Below, piece by piece: positions 1 to 8,770 of a stretch of 42,982 nt of DNA. The stretch's first letter is position 1; the number at the start of each line of letters is the position of its first letter. The position numbers were made by a program, and so were the translations under genes. This stretch comes from a bacterium (lineage in GTDB: Bacteria > Pseudomonadota > Gammaproteobacteria > Burkholderiales > SG8-41): the NCBI GenBank assembly GCA_027310225.1, contig DAIDBG010000244.1:1-42982 (forward strand), read 5' to 3'. The notes beneath the pieces are model-generated. The model made no database searches. It saw only the letters and a list, made by a program, of their open reading frames with translations, and was not told the DNA's origin.

Positions 1-309
1 GACGGCGATCAGGACAAGGGCAACACCGGCGGAATTCCCGTCTGGCACCCCTTCCATGGCGCGGTTTTCGGAACCGGGGTTGCTGCGTTGCCGGCGGCCG
101 CGCCGGATTTTTCGTTCCGGGCGCTCGCGCCGGATCCCTCACACGACCTGCCCGTCCTCGAGCAGCCCCAGCGGCCTCCACTCGCCTGATCCCCGTCACA
201 CGCGGGTAATTCCCGCGCGGCGCGCACGAGCGCGCCGCCTTCAATCGTGCAAATCGCCCTCGCGGTGGTTTGCAAGCAGACAAGAGCGCCACATAAAGGG
301 GCGATATCC

Positions 310-915
310 ATGCAGTATGCACTCGGTTTGTCGGGCGATGCGGCGATCATGTTCGCGATTACCGTCGCCTTGGGCGTCGCCGGAATTCTGGCGCTCGCGA
401 TGGCGCTCGCCTGGCCGAAGCGCTGGCGTTTGCGCTACCGGATGGAAATCGGCTTCGTCGTGCTGCTGCTCGGGCTGGTGATCTACGCCGACGTGAACAG
501 CAGCCGGACCTACCAGGCGTACGAAGCCAATCTTCCCGAGCCCGCCGCCCTGTCCGGCACGAAGGGGTTCGACGCGAAGCGGGCCGGCTTTGACCGCGCG
601 GTGCGGGTGTACGCCTTCCAGTGGGGATTCATTTTCTTCGACGAGAGCGGCAAAGCCAGCCGCAACGCGGTGAAGGTCGCGCCGGGCGAGAAGGTGCTCT
701 TCAACATCATGTCCAACGACGTGATTCACGGCTTCAATATTCCCGCCGCGCAGCTCACCACCGAGCTCGAACCGGGCGGGGTGAGCTCGATCTGGATCCG
801 GGCGCCCGATACGCCGGGCAAGTACCTGATCCAGTGCCTCAACTACTGCGGCCTGGGCCACGCACAGATGAAAGCGTGGCTGGTCGTCGAAGGCGCTGCC
901 CGTCAGGAAGGTTGA
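310..915 (+). CDS. heme-copper oxidase subunit II-like (CuA cupredoxin domain)
   Basis: Track ORF 247..915. ATG 310 follows AAGGGG. N-terminal TM helices, then a cupredoxin domain with DVIHGF and CLNYCGLGHAQM (H / C-x3-C-x3-H-x2-M, the CuA ligand pattern). Start uncertain (GTG 247 is the alternative). Confidence 0.75.
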   Translation: MQYALGLSGDAAIMFAITVALGVAGILALAMALAWPKRWRLRYRMEIGFVVLLLGLVIYADVNSSRTYQAYEANLPEPAALSGTKGFDAKRAGFDRAVRVYAFQWGFIFFDESGKASRNAVKVAPGEKVLFNIMSNDVIHGFNIPAAQLTTELEPGGVSSIWIRAPDTPGKYLIQCLNYCGLGHAQMKAWLVVEGAARQEG

Positions 916-972
916 GGGGGCAGGAGAAGTTGATAGCGAGACATGCTAATGAGCCGATTTGTCCAGGTTATA

Positions 973-1054
973 CAGCCTGTCGGCTCAGCCGTCTCCAAGC
1001 GCGACTACCCATGCATTCACACCGACCGTTGATTAAACCAAGGCCGACAGGCTG
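973..1054. repeat. 12-bp perfect inverted repeat CAGCCTGTCGGC / GCCGACAGGCTG, arms 58 nt apart, right arm abuts the coxI RBS
   Basis: Arms at 973..984 and 1043..1054. The same CAGGCTGCTAGG(G)AGAG motif precedes the start codon at 14167. Confidence 0.5.
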
Positions 1055-1074
1055 CTAGGAGAGAGGAAGCACAC

Positions 1075-2655
1075 ATGGCTGGGACAACGACGGCGCGGCT
1101 CGAAGAAACTCGCGGGCCCGATTGGAAACCGGAGGACCTGCTCGGCAGGCTGACGCTCGGCGAGCTGCTGTTCTCCAACGACTACCGGGTGATCGCGCTC
1201 AAGACCATCCTCACGTCGCTCGTCATGCTCGCGCTCGGGGGTCTCTTCGCGCTCACGTTTCGCACCGAGCTCGCGGCCCCCGGCATCCAGTTCCTGGGCG
1301 CGCGGCCTTACCTCGGGCTCCTCACGCTGCACGGGATGATCATGGTGTTCGGCTTCCTCATCCCGATCGTCATCGCCATCTGCTACTACATGCTGCCCGG
1401 GAGTCTGAAGACCGGCGCTCTCCACTGGGCGGGGGCGGCGCAGGCGAGCTACTGGCTGCTCGTCGCCGCGGCGCTGCTGCTCATCATCGCGCGGCCCGAT
1501 TTCACCTGGACCGTGTACACGCCGATGAGCCTGCGCGTGGGCGGCAGCCTCGTCTGGATGGGCTACGTCGCGGTCCTGCTCGTGGCTGTCTCCGAATTCC
1601 TCGCCGGCCTCGTGCTGTTGCGCAACGTGTTCGCCTGGAAGGGCCGCTGGAGCGGGATGCCGCTCATGGGCTGGGGCATGTTCTCGGAGGCGCTGCTCCT
1701 GCTTCTGTCCACGCCGCTGCTCGGCGCGGTGGGCTTGTTTCTGCTCACCGACTGGCTCGGCGCAACCGCCCTGTTCGACCCGGTGCGCGGCGGCAGCACG
1801 ACGGCCTTCCTGTGGATGTTCTGGTTCTACGGTCACCCGGCGGTCTATCTGCCGCTGGTGCCGGCGATCGCGATCCTCTACACGTTGCTGCCGCGCTTCC
1901 TCGGCCGGCCGCTGTGGAGCTACGTCTCGGGGGTGGTCGCGTTCCTGCTGCTACTCGTGCTCTCGTTCGTCGTTTTCCACCATCACTTCCAGCCCGTCGT
2001 CTCGAAGCACAGCTGGGTGCAGCGCGCGTTCCAGATCCTCACTCTGCTCATCTTCATCCCGAGCACGCTGCACGTGTTCAACTGGATCGCGAGCCTGTGG
2101 CAGGACCGTATTCCGGCCTCCGCGCGCGCGGCGCTGCCGTTCAAGTTCATGATGGGGGCGATCTTCTTCCTGATCCTCGGCGGGGTCACCGGATATCTGA
2201 ACGCGCAGATCAGCGTGGACTCGAGCTTCATCCACAATACCTACTGGATTCCGGCGCACTTTCACGCCATGTTCCTCGGCTTCGTCGGCCAGATGGCGGT
2301 GGCCGGCATCTACTACCTGTATCCGTACTTCACCGGCCGCCTGTACGACGAGCGCCTCGGCAATGCCCACTTCTGGCTGTGGCAGCTCGGCATCTTCGCC
2401 AAGGTGATGCTGATGTACGCGCTCGGCTACGCCTACTTCCCGCGCTGGGTGGTGGACTACCTGCCGCTCGCGGAGTGGACGACCGCGCAGTGGTGGCTCA
2501 CGGTCGCGGCCTACGCGATCGGGCTGGGGTTCATCCTTTTCATCGCGAACCTCGCTTTGAGCGCGCGCCGGGGCGCCAAGGCGCCGGACGATCCGTGGCC
2601 GGTGTCGGACGTCGAGGCGGATTTCGGCAAAGCCGCCGCTCCGGCGGCGAAATAG
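1075..2655 (+). CDS. heme-copper oxidase subunit I
   Basis: 526-aa polytopic ORF with canonical ligand blocks LHGMIMVF, WFYGHPAVY, FHHHF and PAHFHAMF. AGGAGA RBS upstream. Confidence 0.9.
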   Translation: MAGTTTARLEETRGPDWKPEDLLGRLTLGELLFSNDYRVIALKTILTSLVMLALGGLFALTFRTELAAPGIQFLGARPYLGLLTLHGMIMVFGFLIPIVIAICYYMLPGSLKTGALHWAGAAQASYWLLVAAALLLIIARPDFTWTVYTPMSLRVGGSLVWMGYVAVLLVAVSEFLAGLVLLRNVFAWKGRWSGMPLMGWGMFSEALLLLLSTPLLGAVGLFLLTDWLGATALFDPVRGGSTTAFLWMFWFYGHPAVYLPLVPAIAILYTLLPRFLGRPLWSYVSGVVAFLLLLVLSFVVFHHHFQPVVSKHSWVQRAFQILTLLIFIPSTLHVFNWIASLWQDRIPASARAALPFKFMMGAIFFLILGGVTGYLNAQISVDSSFIHNTYWIPAHFHAMFLGFVGQMAVAGIYYLYPYFTGRLYDERLGNAHFWLWQLGIFAKVMLMYALGYAYFPRWVVDYLPLAEWTTAQWWLTVAAYAIGLGFILFIANLALSARRGAKAPDDPWPVSDVEADFGKAAAPAAK

Positions 2656-2669
2656 AGGAGGGCGTGGCC

Positions 2670-3641
2670 ATGGTCGTGCGTGTCTGGCTGGCGGCGGGAA
2701 TCCTCCTCGTGGCGGCGGCGTGGGCCTTGATGGTGCCGTGGTCCCCGCCGGCGGACCAGGCAGTGCCCGGATCGATGATCGAGGGATACCGCTCCTCCGG
2801 CCTCATGCCGCGCGCCGGCGCACTGCAGCTCTCGGAGGAAATCGGCGACGAGGTGTTCGAGCTTCCGGCCACCGATGCCCGGCAATCGAAGGAAGCGGTC
2901 CAGCCGATGCCGGAGATGCCGGGGATGCCGGGGATGAAGCCCGAAGCCGGGGGCGGCGGCGACGCCGGGCTCAGCATCCTCGCCCAGGGCGCGCCCGAAG
3001 AAGTGAAGAAGGCGCTCGGCGCGCAGGCGATCGACCGGAGCATCGAGCTCAGCATGAAGGAGTGGGGCTTCCAGCCCGGAGGCGTGACGGTGAAGCCGGG
3101 CGAGGTGATCCGGCTCGCCGTGCGAAACGCCGGCTACACGCCGCACGAGTTCATGCTCATGAGCGAAGCGGCGATGAACGCGATCAATTACCGGCTCGAG
3201 CGCGCGGACTGGAGCCTGCTCGAGCACAAGTCCCTCTTCGAGAAGGCGCTGGTGCTGCCGGGAGACCGCTTCGAGGTGGTCCTCAAGGTGAACGAGCCGG
3301 GCATGTGGATGTTCATGTGCATGCTGCCCTATCATATGCAGCTCGGGATGATGGGCATGCTCATGACCCCCGGCGTCGCCATGGACATGGGCACGATGGG
3401 CGGCGGCAAGCCGGCGGCGGGCCCCTTCGAGGGCAAGGGAACGGTGGTCGCCGTCGTTCCCGAGAGCCGCGAGATCGTCCTCGACCACGAAGCGGTCGAA
3501 GGCTTGATGGGCGCGATGACGATGGGCTATCCCGTGGCCTCCGAGGATCTGCTGAAGGGCCTCAACCCGGGCGACGCGGTCAAGTTCAAGATGGACCCGG
3601 CCGGTCCGAAGATCATCGCCATCGAGCGGCTGAGTCAGTAA
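2670..3641 (+). CDS. membrane-anchored Met-rich cupredoxin fused to a CusF-like Cu(I)-binding domain
   Basis: In-frame ATG 2670 inside track ORF 1122..3641; the upstream part overlaps coxI out of frame. Contains TM MVVRVWLAAGILLVAAAW, MPEMPGMPGM, type-1 Cu pattern HEF...CMLPYHMQLGM, and a C-terminal LDHEAVEGLMGAMTMGY. Confidence 0.75.
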   Translation: MVVRVWLAAGILLVAAAWALMVPWSPPADQAVPGSMIEGYRSSGLMPRAGALQLSEEIGDEVFELPATDARQSKEAVQPMPEMPGMPGMKPEAGGGGDAGLSILAQGAPEEVKKALGAQAIDRSIELSMKEWGFQPGGVTVKPGEVIRLAVRNAGYTPHEFMLMSEAAMNAINYRLERADWSLLEHKSLFEKALVLPGDRFEVVLKVNEPGMWMFMCMLPYHMQLGMMGMLMTPGVAMDMGTMGGGKPAAGPFEGKGTVVAVVPESREIVLDHEAVEGLMGAMTMGYPVASEDLLKGLNPGDAVKFKMDPAGPKIIAIERLSQ

Positions 3642-3689
3642 ATAGCGCAATATTTTTCGATGCACACAACCCACACAAAGGAGTCATAC

Positions 3690-4058
3690 ATGAGATCGTC
3701 GTCTTTTCCGGTTTTGGCGCTCGTTGTTTCTTTGGGAGCATTCGCCCCCGGCCCGGCCGCCGCCCAGATGCAAATGAAGCCGGGCGGGCAGCCGATGCAG
3801 ATGCAGGAAGGCATGAAGATGGAGATGGGGAAGGAAGGAATCATCGAGGGGCAGGGAAAAGTCGTCGCGATCGTTACCGCGAAAAACCAGATCGTCCTGA
3901 AACACGACGAGATCAAGGGGCAAATGGGCTCGATGACCATGGGCTATGCGCTGGCGTCGCCGTCGCTCGCGCAAGGCCTCAAGCCGGGCGATTCGGTAAA
4001 ATTCAGGATTGACGGCGCAAAAAATACCGTCGTCGCGATCGAGCGGCTTTCGAAGTGA
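3690..4058 (+). CDS. CusF-like periplasmic copper-binding protein
   Basis: ATG 3690 follows AAAGGAG. Signal peptide, Met-rich QMQMKPGGQPMQMQEGMKMEM, and KHDEIKGQMGSMTMGY. Paralog of the C-terminus of 2670..3641. Confidence 0.8.
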   Translation: MRSSSFPVLALVVSLGAFAPGPAAAQMQMKPGGQPMQMQEGMKMEMGKEGIIEGQGKVVAIVTAKNQIVLKHDEIKGQMGSMTMGYALASPSLAQGLKPGDSVKFRIDGAKNTVVAIERLSK

Positions 4059-4084
4059 TGGGCACTGGAATGGAATAATCGCAC

Positions 4085-4759
4085 ATGGAGCACCTGCTCT
4101 TCAGAGAAGCCGCGTCCGCCGTGTTATTGCTGCTTCTGGCCGCGGCGCGCTATCACTATTCCATGGCGGCCGGCACGCAGCCCCTGGATCGATCGCGCCC
4201 CTCGGGGAGGCGGGCGCGGCAGATTCCGGCCTATCTCGCCTCGACTCTGTGGGCCGTTTACGTCGCGTGGCTGGTCCTCGCCCCGGCGGAGCTTGTCCAG
4301 TGGGACCGGTGGTCGCCGGACCGCCCGTTTTCCGACCTGCTCGGCTGGATCGCCATCCCGTTTCTCGGCGCCGGACTCTGGCTGTTCTGGTACAGCCATT
4401 ACACGATCGGCCGCTACTGGAGCATCCGGGTCGGGCTCAAGGAAGCGCACCGGCTGGTGACGCATGGCCCGTACGGCTACATCCGCCACCCCCTTTACAC
4501 CGCCCTGTTCCTCGGTTATCTCGGAACGCTGCTCGCGCTGCAGTCCTGGACGCTGGCGGCAGGGTTCCCTGCATTCGTCGCTTCGTACCTGCTGTTCGCA
4601 AAGGAGGAGGAAGGCGTCATGGAGCGCGGCTTCGGCGAAGCCTACCGGGCTTACCGCCGCCGGACGGGGATGTTCCTTCCCAGGAGTTTGCCGGGTTTTG
4701 GTTCGGCAAGCTCCTCCGGCAAAGCCGCCTCCGAACAAAGGAGCAGCAAAAAGCCATGA
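4085..4759 (+). CDS. isoprenylcysteine carboxyl / phospholipid methyltransferase family membrane protein
   Basis: Polytopic ORF with HGPYGYIRHPLYTALFLGY ... EEEGVMERGFGEAYRAY. Confidence 0.75.
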   Translation: MEHLLFREAASAVLLLLLAAARYHYSMAAGTQPLDRSRPSGRRARQIPAYLASTLWAVYVAWLVLAPAELVQWDRWSPDRPFSDLLGWIAIPFLGAGLWLFWYSHYTIGRYWSIRVGLKEAHRLVTHGPYGYIRHPLYTALFLGYLGTLLALQSWTLAAGFPAFVASYLLFAKEEEGVMERGFGEAYRAYRRRTGMFLPRSLPGFGSASSSGKAASEQRSSKKP

Positions 4760-5715
4760 ACCGGCGCCAGTTCCTCGCTGGATCGTTCGCTTGTGTCGCG
4801 CTGGTCGCGCTGGCCGCGCCGGTTGTGCTCGCGCGCGCCGGCGAGACGGTGCTGTACGAAAAGGCCTCAGCCTATAACACGATCGTCGTCACGGAAGATG
4901 AAAACGGCCTGCGCACCCTGCGTTTCGGGAGAGTCGGAGCACGGCAGAGCGTAGTGAAACCGGGGGATCCGGATTATCTGGCGTTGCCGTACGCGCGGGT
5001 CGCGCTGGTCGGGCTGGCGTTGTCCGAAGAGTCCCGCCGCTTTCTGGTCGTCGGGCTCGGCGGCGGCACGCTGCCCATGTTCCTCCGCAAGCACTACCCG
5101 GACGCCACAATTGACGTGGTGGACATTGATCCCGAGGTCGTGGATGTGGCGAAGAAGTTCTTCGGTTTCCGCGAGGACGGCCTCATGAACGCGCACGTCG
5201 CTGACGGGCGGCGGTTCATCGAGCGGTCGCGGCAGCCTTACGATGTGATCTTCCTGGACGCTTTCGGCGCCGACAGCATTCCCCCGCGCTTGACCACGCG
5301 GGAATTCCTGCAGGCGGTTCGGCGCGCCGTCACGCCGGGCGGAGTCGTCATCGGCAATCTCTGGGGCCGTGGTATCAACCCGCTCTACGACTCGATGGTC
5401 CGCACCTACCAGGAAGTGTTCGAAGAGCTGCTCATCCTCAACGTACAGGGCAGCGGCAACGTCATCCTGCTCGCGCTGCCCCGCAAGCAGCCGCTGAGGC
5501 AGGAGGAACTGCTGCAGCTCGCCCGGAAGGTATCAGCAGCCAGGCGCTTCCCCTTCGACCTCGGCGAGCCGGTCAAGTCCGGCTTCCTGGGCGCGCACGT
5601 GAAGAGCCGGCACGGACGCGTGCTGCTCGACCGCGACCTCGAGCAACGGACGCGGCCTTCTGCAGGCAATGCTGCGCGCGCGGGGGACGCCTACTTCGCC
5701 GACAGCTCGCGATAG
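4756..5715 (+). CDS. spermidine synthase-like class I methyltransferase-fold protein with twin-Arg-like N-terminus
   Basis: ATG 4756 overlaps the upstream stop (ATGA), in frame within track ORF 4009..5715. MNRRQFLAGSF signal-like N-terminus. VVGLGGG, VVDIDPEVV and DVIFLDAF motifs. Confidence 0.75.
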   Translation: MNRRQFLAGSFACVALVALAAPVVLARAGETVLYEKASAYNTIVVTEDENGLRTLRFGRVGARQSVVKPGDPDYLALPYARVALVGLALSEESRRFLVVGLGGGTLPMFLRKHYPDATIDVVDIDPEVVDVAKKFFGFREDGLMNAHVADGRRFIERSRQPYDVIFLDAFGADSIPPRLTTREFLQAVRRAVTPGGVVIGNLWGRGINPLYDSMVRTYQEVFEELLILNVQGSGNVILLALPRKQPLRQEELLQLARKVSAARRFPFDLGEPVKSGFLGAHVKSRHGRVLLDRDLEQRTRPSAGNAARAGDAYFADSSR

Positions 5716-6281
5716 ACCTGCTCCGCGGTGGCGGGGACCGCCCGCTCGCGCGGCCACTGCGCGAACTCGCCCAGCTCCGCGCGGATGCCGTTCTTGATCT
5801 CATCCACGGATTTCCCCGCATCCCGCATTGCGCGGACCTGGTTTCGCATGGTCTCGAAGTAGCGGTCCTGATCGAGCAGCGGCTTCGCTCCGTTGCCCGG
5901 CGCAAACTCGCCGTGTCCCGGCACGACGCTCGCCGGGGACCAGCCGGCAAGAGTCTTCAGGACCCGCTGCCAGTTGCCCACGTCCGAGCGGCCATCCGCC
6001 GTGGGGTTAAGCTCGACGAAAAGAAGGTCGGCGACGAAGCGGACCGGCTTGCCTCCGGCGACGCTCCGGATGGCCTGCATGCGCCGGTCGTAATCGGGAA
6101 GGTCGCAGGAGAAGACAAAAACGCCCCGGTCACCCACCACAAAACCGGTGTTCATCGCCCCGCCCGGGCCCTTGATGGCGTAAACGCCTTCGGCCAGCTT
6201 GATGGCCCCTTCCTGGCTGAAGGAGGCGATCGGAAAGAAAAAGAACAGGAACGCAAGATACCCCGGAATACCGTGTTTCAT
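5691..6281 (-). CDS. MBL-fold-like secreted protein lacking the HxHxDH block (probable in-frame remnant)
   Basis: Signal peptide, then an MBL-like N-terminus (GVYAIKGPGG..NTGFVVGDRGVFV) and C-terminus (VVPGHG), but no HxHxDH motif in between. 25-nt convergent overlap with 4756..5715. Confidence 0.5.
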   Translation of the reverse strand: MKHGIPGYLAFLFFFFPIASFSQEGAIKLAEGVYAIKGPGGAMNTGFVVGDRGVFVFSCDLPDYDRRMQAIRSVAGGKPVRFVADLLFVELNPTADGRSDVGNWQRVLKTLAGWSPASVVPGHGEFAPGNGAKPLLDQDRYFETMRNQVRAMRDAGKSVDEIKNGIRAELGEFAQWPRERAVPATAEQVYRELSAK

Positions 6282-6418
6282 GGCCTACTCCCATGAATGA
6301 CGAGCTCCGCCCCGATGGAGCGCATCGGGATTCTGCATGCGTAGCCCCTGACCGGCAACGTCCGCCCGGCGCGGCGCGGATCGGTTTTGGAACAACGGCA
6401 GCGGTAAGTCAGTCCTGC

Positions 6419-6432
6419 TTGATCTAGATCAA
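6419..6432 (+). promoter_or_regulatory. perfect FNR/CRP-family box TTGATCTAGATCAA
   Basis: 14-bp palindrome. TATGAT at 6454..6459 lies 21 nt downstream. Sits in the 350-bp gap between divergent genes 5691..6281 and 6633..7025. Confidence 0.55.
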
Positions 6433-6632
6433 CCTCTCCTCCACGCCCAGCCTTATGATTGTTCACATGATTCTCCGCGCCTCCCGGCAGAACAGCGGGA
6501 GCATGGCGGATCAGGGAAGTACCGCGCGCTTGTGCCGATGACGGGCGGGCCACAACACGTTGCCCGGCATTCAGTCCAGCACTTGCGGCAAAGCAACTGG
6601 TCCAATTCTTTACCTTTACAGGAGACGCTAAA

Positions 6633-7025
6633 ATGAAACGCTCGATTCTTTGTACCGCAGTCGCCGCCCTCGCCCTGTCCGCGCCGCTGGCCCTCGCTCA
6701 GGACGCTAAACCCGCGCCCGGCAAGCCGGCTGCGGGCATGGGCATGGAGATGGACATGAACAAGCAGACGGCGCAGGGGCAGGAGCAGATGAAGAAGATG
6801 CAGGAGCAGATGACCCGCATCCACGAGACGACGGACCCGAAGGAACGTCAGAAGCTCGTGCAGGAGCACATGCAGAGCATGCAGGAAGTCATGGGCACAC
6901 AGCGCGGCATGGGCGGCTCGACGATGATGGGGATGATGGGCATGATGGGCGGACCGGGCGGCATGGGCGGCGGGCAGAAAGGCGGCACGGGTCCCGGGAT
7001 GATGGAGTCAGCTCCGGCGAAATAA
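6633..7025 (+). CDS. secreted Met/Gly-rich protein (possible periplasmic Cu(I) binder or chaperone)
   Basis: AGGAG RBS, signal peptide ending ALA-QD, GMGMEMDM, helical Q/M-rich middle, and a MMGMMGMMGGPGGMGGG tail. Confidence 0.7.
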   Translation: MKRSILCTAVAALALSAPLALAQDAKPAPGKPAAGMGMEMDMNKQTAQGQEQMKKMQEQMTRIHETTDPKERQKLVQEHMQSMQEVMGTQRGMGGSTMMGMMGMMGGPGGMGGGQKGGTGPGMMESAPAK

Positions 7026-7091
7026 CGGACCAGGATCGCCATGACCCCCCTACGCCGACCGACTTTGGAAAACCACAAAGGAGCACGCCCG

Positions 7092-7496
7092 ATGCGCACA
7101 CGCCTGACCACCTTCATTCCTGGAATCCTCCTTGCCTTGCTCGCGGCCGGGGCCTTGGCCGCTGAGCTGCCCGCGCAGAAAAGCAGCGCTGGCGGCGTGA
7201 CTGTGGCGGTCACGCCGCAGAACCTCGTCGCCGGCGCCAAGAACTGGGACTTCAAGGTGGTGCTCGACACCCATTCGGGGGAACTGAATGACGACCTGGT
7301 CAAGACTGCCGCGCTGCTCGACGGCAAGGGCGGCCGGAATGTCCCCGTGAAATGGGAAGGCGCCGGACCCGGCGGCCATCACCGCGAAGGGGTGCTGCGC
7401 TTCGATCCGGTTTCGCCCCGGCCCGATTCGATCGAACTGCAGATCCAGCGCCCGGGCGAGCCGTCGCCGCGGTCGTTCCGCTGGCAACTCGAATGA
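7092..7496 (+). CDS. secreted hypothetical protein with GGHH motif
   Basis: ATG 7092 follows AAAGGAG, in frame within track ORF 7041..7496. Signal peptide present. Family not recognised. Confidence 0.6.
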   Translation: MRTRLTTFIPGILLALLAAGALAAELPAQKSSAGGVTVAVTPQNLVAGAKNWDFKVVLDTHSGELNDDLVKTAALLDGKGGRNVPVKWEGAGPGGHHREGVLRFDPVSPRPDSIELQIQRPGEPSPRSFRWQLE

Positions 7497-7540
7497 AATA
7501 GCGGCAACCGGCCGCTGTCCAACGCCAAAGGAGCCAGCTC

Positions 7541-7942
7541 ATGTACGGATTCAGCACCCGTCTCAGGGTCCCGTTCGACACCGCCGTCGAAAAAGTCACC
7601 GCAGCCCTCAAGACGGAAGGTTTCGGCGTGCTCACGGACATTGACGTCAAGGCGACGCTGAAAGCCAAGCTCGACGTGGAGCGGCGGCCTTATCGCATCC
7701 TCGGCGCGTGCAACCCGCCGCTCGCGCACCGCGCCATCGAGGCCGACCCGGACATCGGCCTGCTGCTGCCGTGCAACGTGGTGGTGCGCGAGGAAGACGA
7801 CGGCCGCATCTGGGTCGGGTTCATGGACCCGGAAGCCGTGCTCAAGCTGGTGGATAAGCCGGAAGTGCATGCGCTTGGCAGGGAAGTCCGGGCCCGCCTG
7901 CAACGGGTCTGCGAAGGACTCACACGCGACGGAACGCGATGA
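7541..7942 (+). CDS. DUF302 domain protein
   Basis: AAAGGAG RBS. Typical DUF302 sequence [17 protein letters not shown] ... YRILGACNP ... LLPCNVVV. Confidence 0.8.
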   Translation: MYGFSTRLRVPFDTAVEKVTAALKTEGFGVLTDIDVKATLKAKLDVERRPYRILGACNPPLAHRAIEADPDIGLLLPCNVVVREEDDGRIWVGFMDPEAVLKLVDKPEVHALGREVRARLQRVCEGLTRDGTR

Positions 7943-8712
7943 GCGGAGCCGCACCTCACGTCAATACCCAACGTCTGTGCCCTCATTGCGGCGCGCCGAC
8001 TTCCGGCACGCCCTATGCGCGTGAGCACGACGAATACGGCTGCGAAAGCTGTTTTCTCTCCGCTCGCAGACGGCAGGCGATGCCGCTCGAAGCTGATGAA
8101 ACACCGTTCGCGCTTGCGGAAGCGCTGATGTGTGCCCTGGATGCCCGGGAACACGAAACCGGGCTGCATTCGAAGCGGGTCGCCTGCCACACCCTGGTGC
8201 TCGCCCGTCATTTCTCCGGTGATGCAGGCGAGCTGCGCCAGGTTTACTGGGGCGCGCTGCTGCACGATATCGGCAAGATCGGCATCCCTGACGCCATCCT
8301 GCTGAAGCCCGCGCCGCTCACGCCGGAGGAGTGGCAGGTGATGCGCACGCACCCCGAAATCGGGCATCGCATCCTCTCCGGCGCCTCTTTCCTGGCGCAG
8401 GCGGCGGAACTCGTGCTGAGTCACGAGGAACGCTTCGACGGCACCGGCTATCCGCGCGGGCTGACGGGCGCAGCGATCCCGTTGTGGGCGCGGCTGTTCG
8501 CGGTCATTGACACGCTCGACGCCATCACCTCGGACCGGCCGTACCGCAAGGGGCTGCCGTTCGACGCGGCGCGGGCCCGAATCCGGGATCAGTCCGGAAG
8601 GCAGTTCGATCCGGCAGCGGTGGAAGTCTTCACGGCAGAGGAAACGACCTTGCGGGCAATGGTCGAGCTCAAATGCGGCGCGGCGGCGGTTCCCGATGAG
8701 CTGCTGGCCTGA
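7939..8712 (+). CDS. HD-GYP domain phosphodiesterase-like protein with N-terminal Cys4 module
   Basis: ATGA overlap with DUF302. N-terminal CPHCGAP-x16-CESC. HD-GYP signatures [11 protein letters not shown] and [14 protein letters not shown]. Confidence 0.8.
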   Translation: MSGAAPHVNTQRLCPHCGAPTSGTPYAREHDEYGCESCFLSARRRQAMPLEADETPFALAEALMCALDAREHETGLHSKRVACHTLVLARHFSGDAGELRQVYWGALLHDIGKIGIPDAILLKPAPLTPEEWQVMRTHPEIGHRILSGASFLAQAAELVLSHEERFDGTGYPRGLTGAAIPLWARLFAVIDTLDAITSDRPYRKGLPFDAARARIRDQSGRQFDPAAVEVFTAEETTLRAMVELKCGAAAVPDELLA

Positions 8713-8744
8713 CGCATTTTTGCAGGCGGCTTTGCGCAAGGAGC

Positions 8745-8766
8745 GTGTCGGCGCAAAGTCCGACAC
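8745..8766. terminator. hairpin GTGTCGG-N8-CCGACAC between convergent genes
   Basis: 7-bp stem with no clear U-tract. A second overlapping stem is CTTTGCGC/GCGCAAAG. Confidence 0.3.
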
Positions 8767-8770
8767 CCTC

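Noticed and set aside
1-57. Possible 5' end of a minus-strand gene (MEGVPDGNSAGVALVLIAV...) running off the left edge.
   Set aside because: Only 19 codons are visible and there is no RBS, so it cannot be supported.
1122-2669. N-terminal 516 aa of track ORF 1122..3641, overlapping coxI in another frame.
   Set aside because: The translation is Arg/Pro/Ala-rich junk. The real gene starts at the in-frame ATG 2670, right after the coxI stop, with a signal or anchor sequence.
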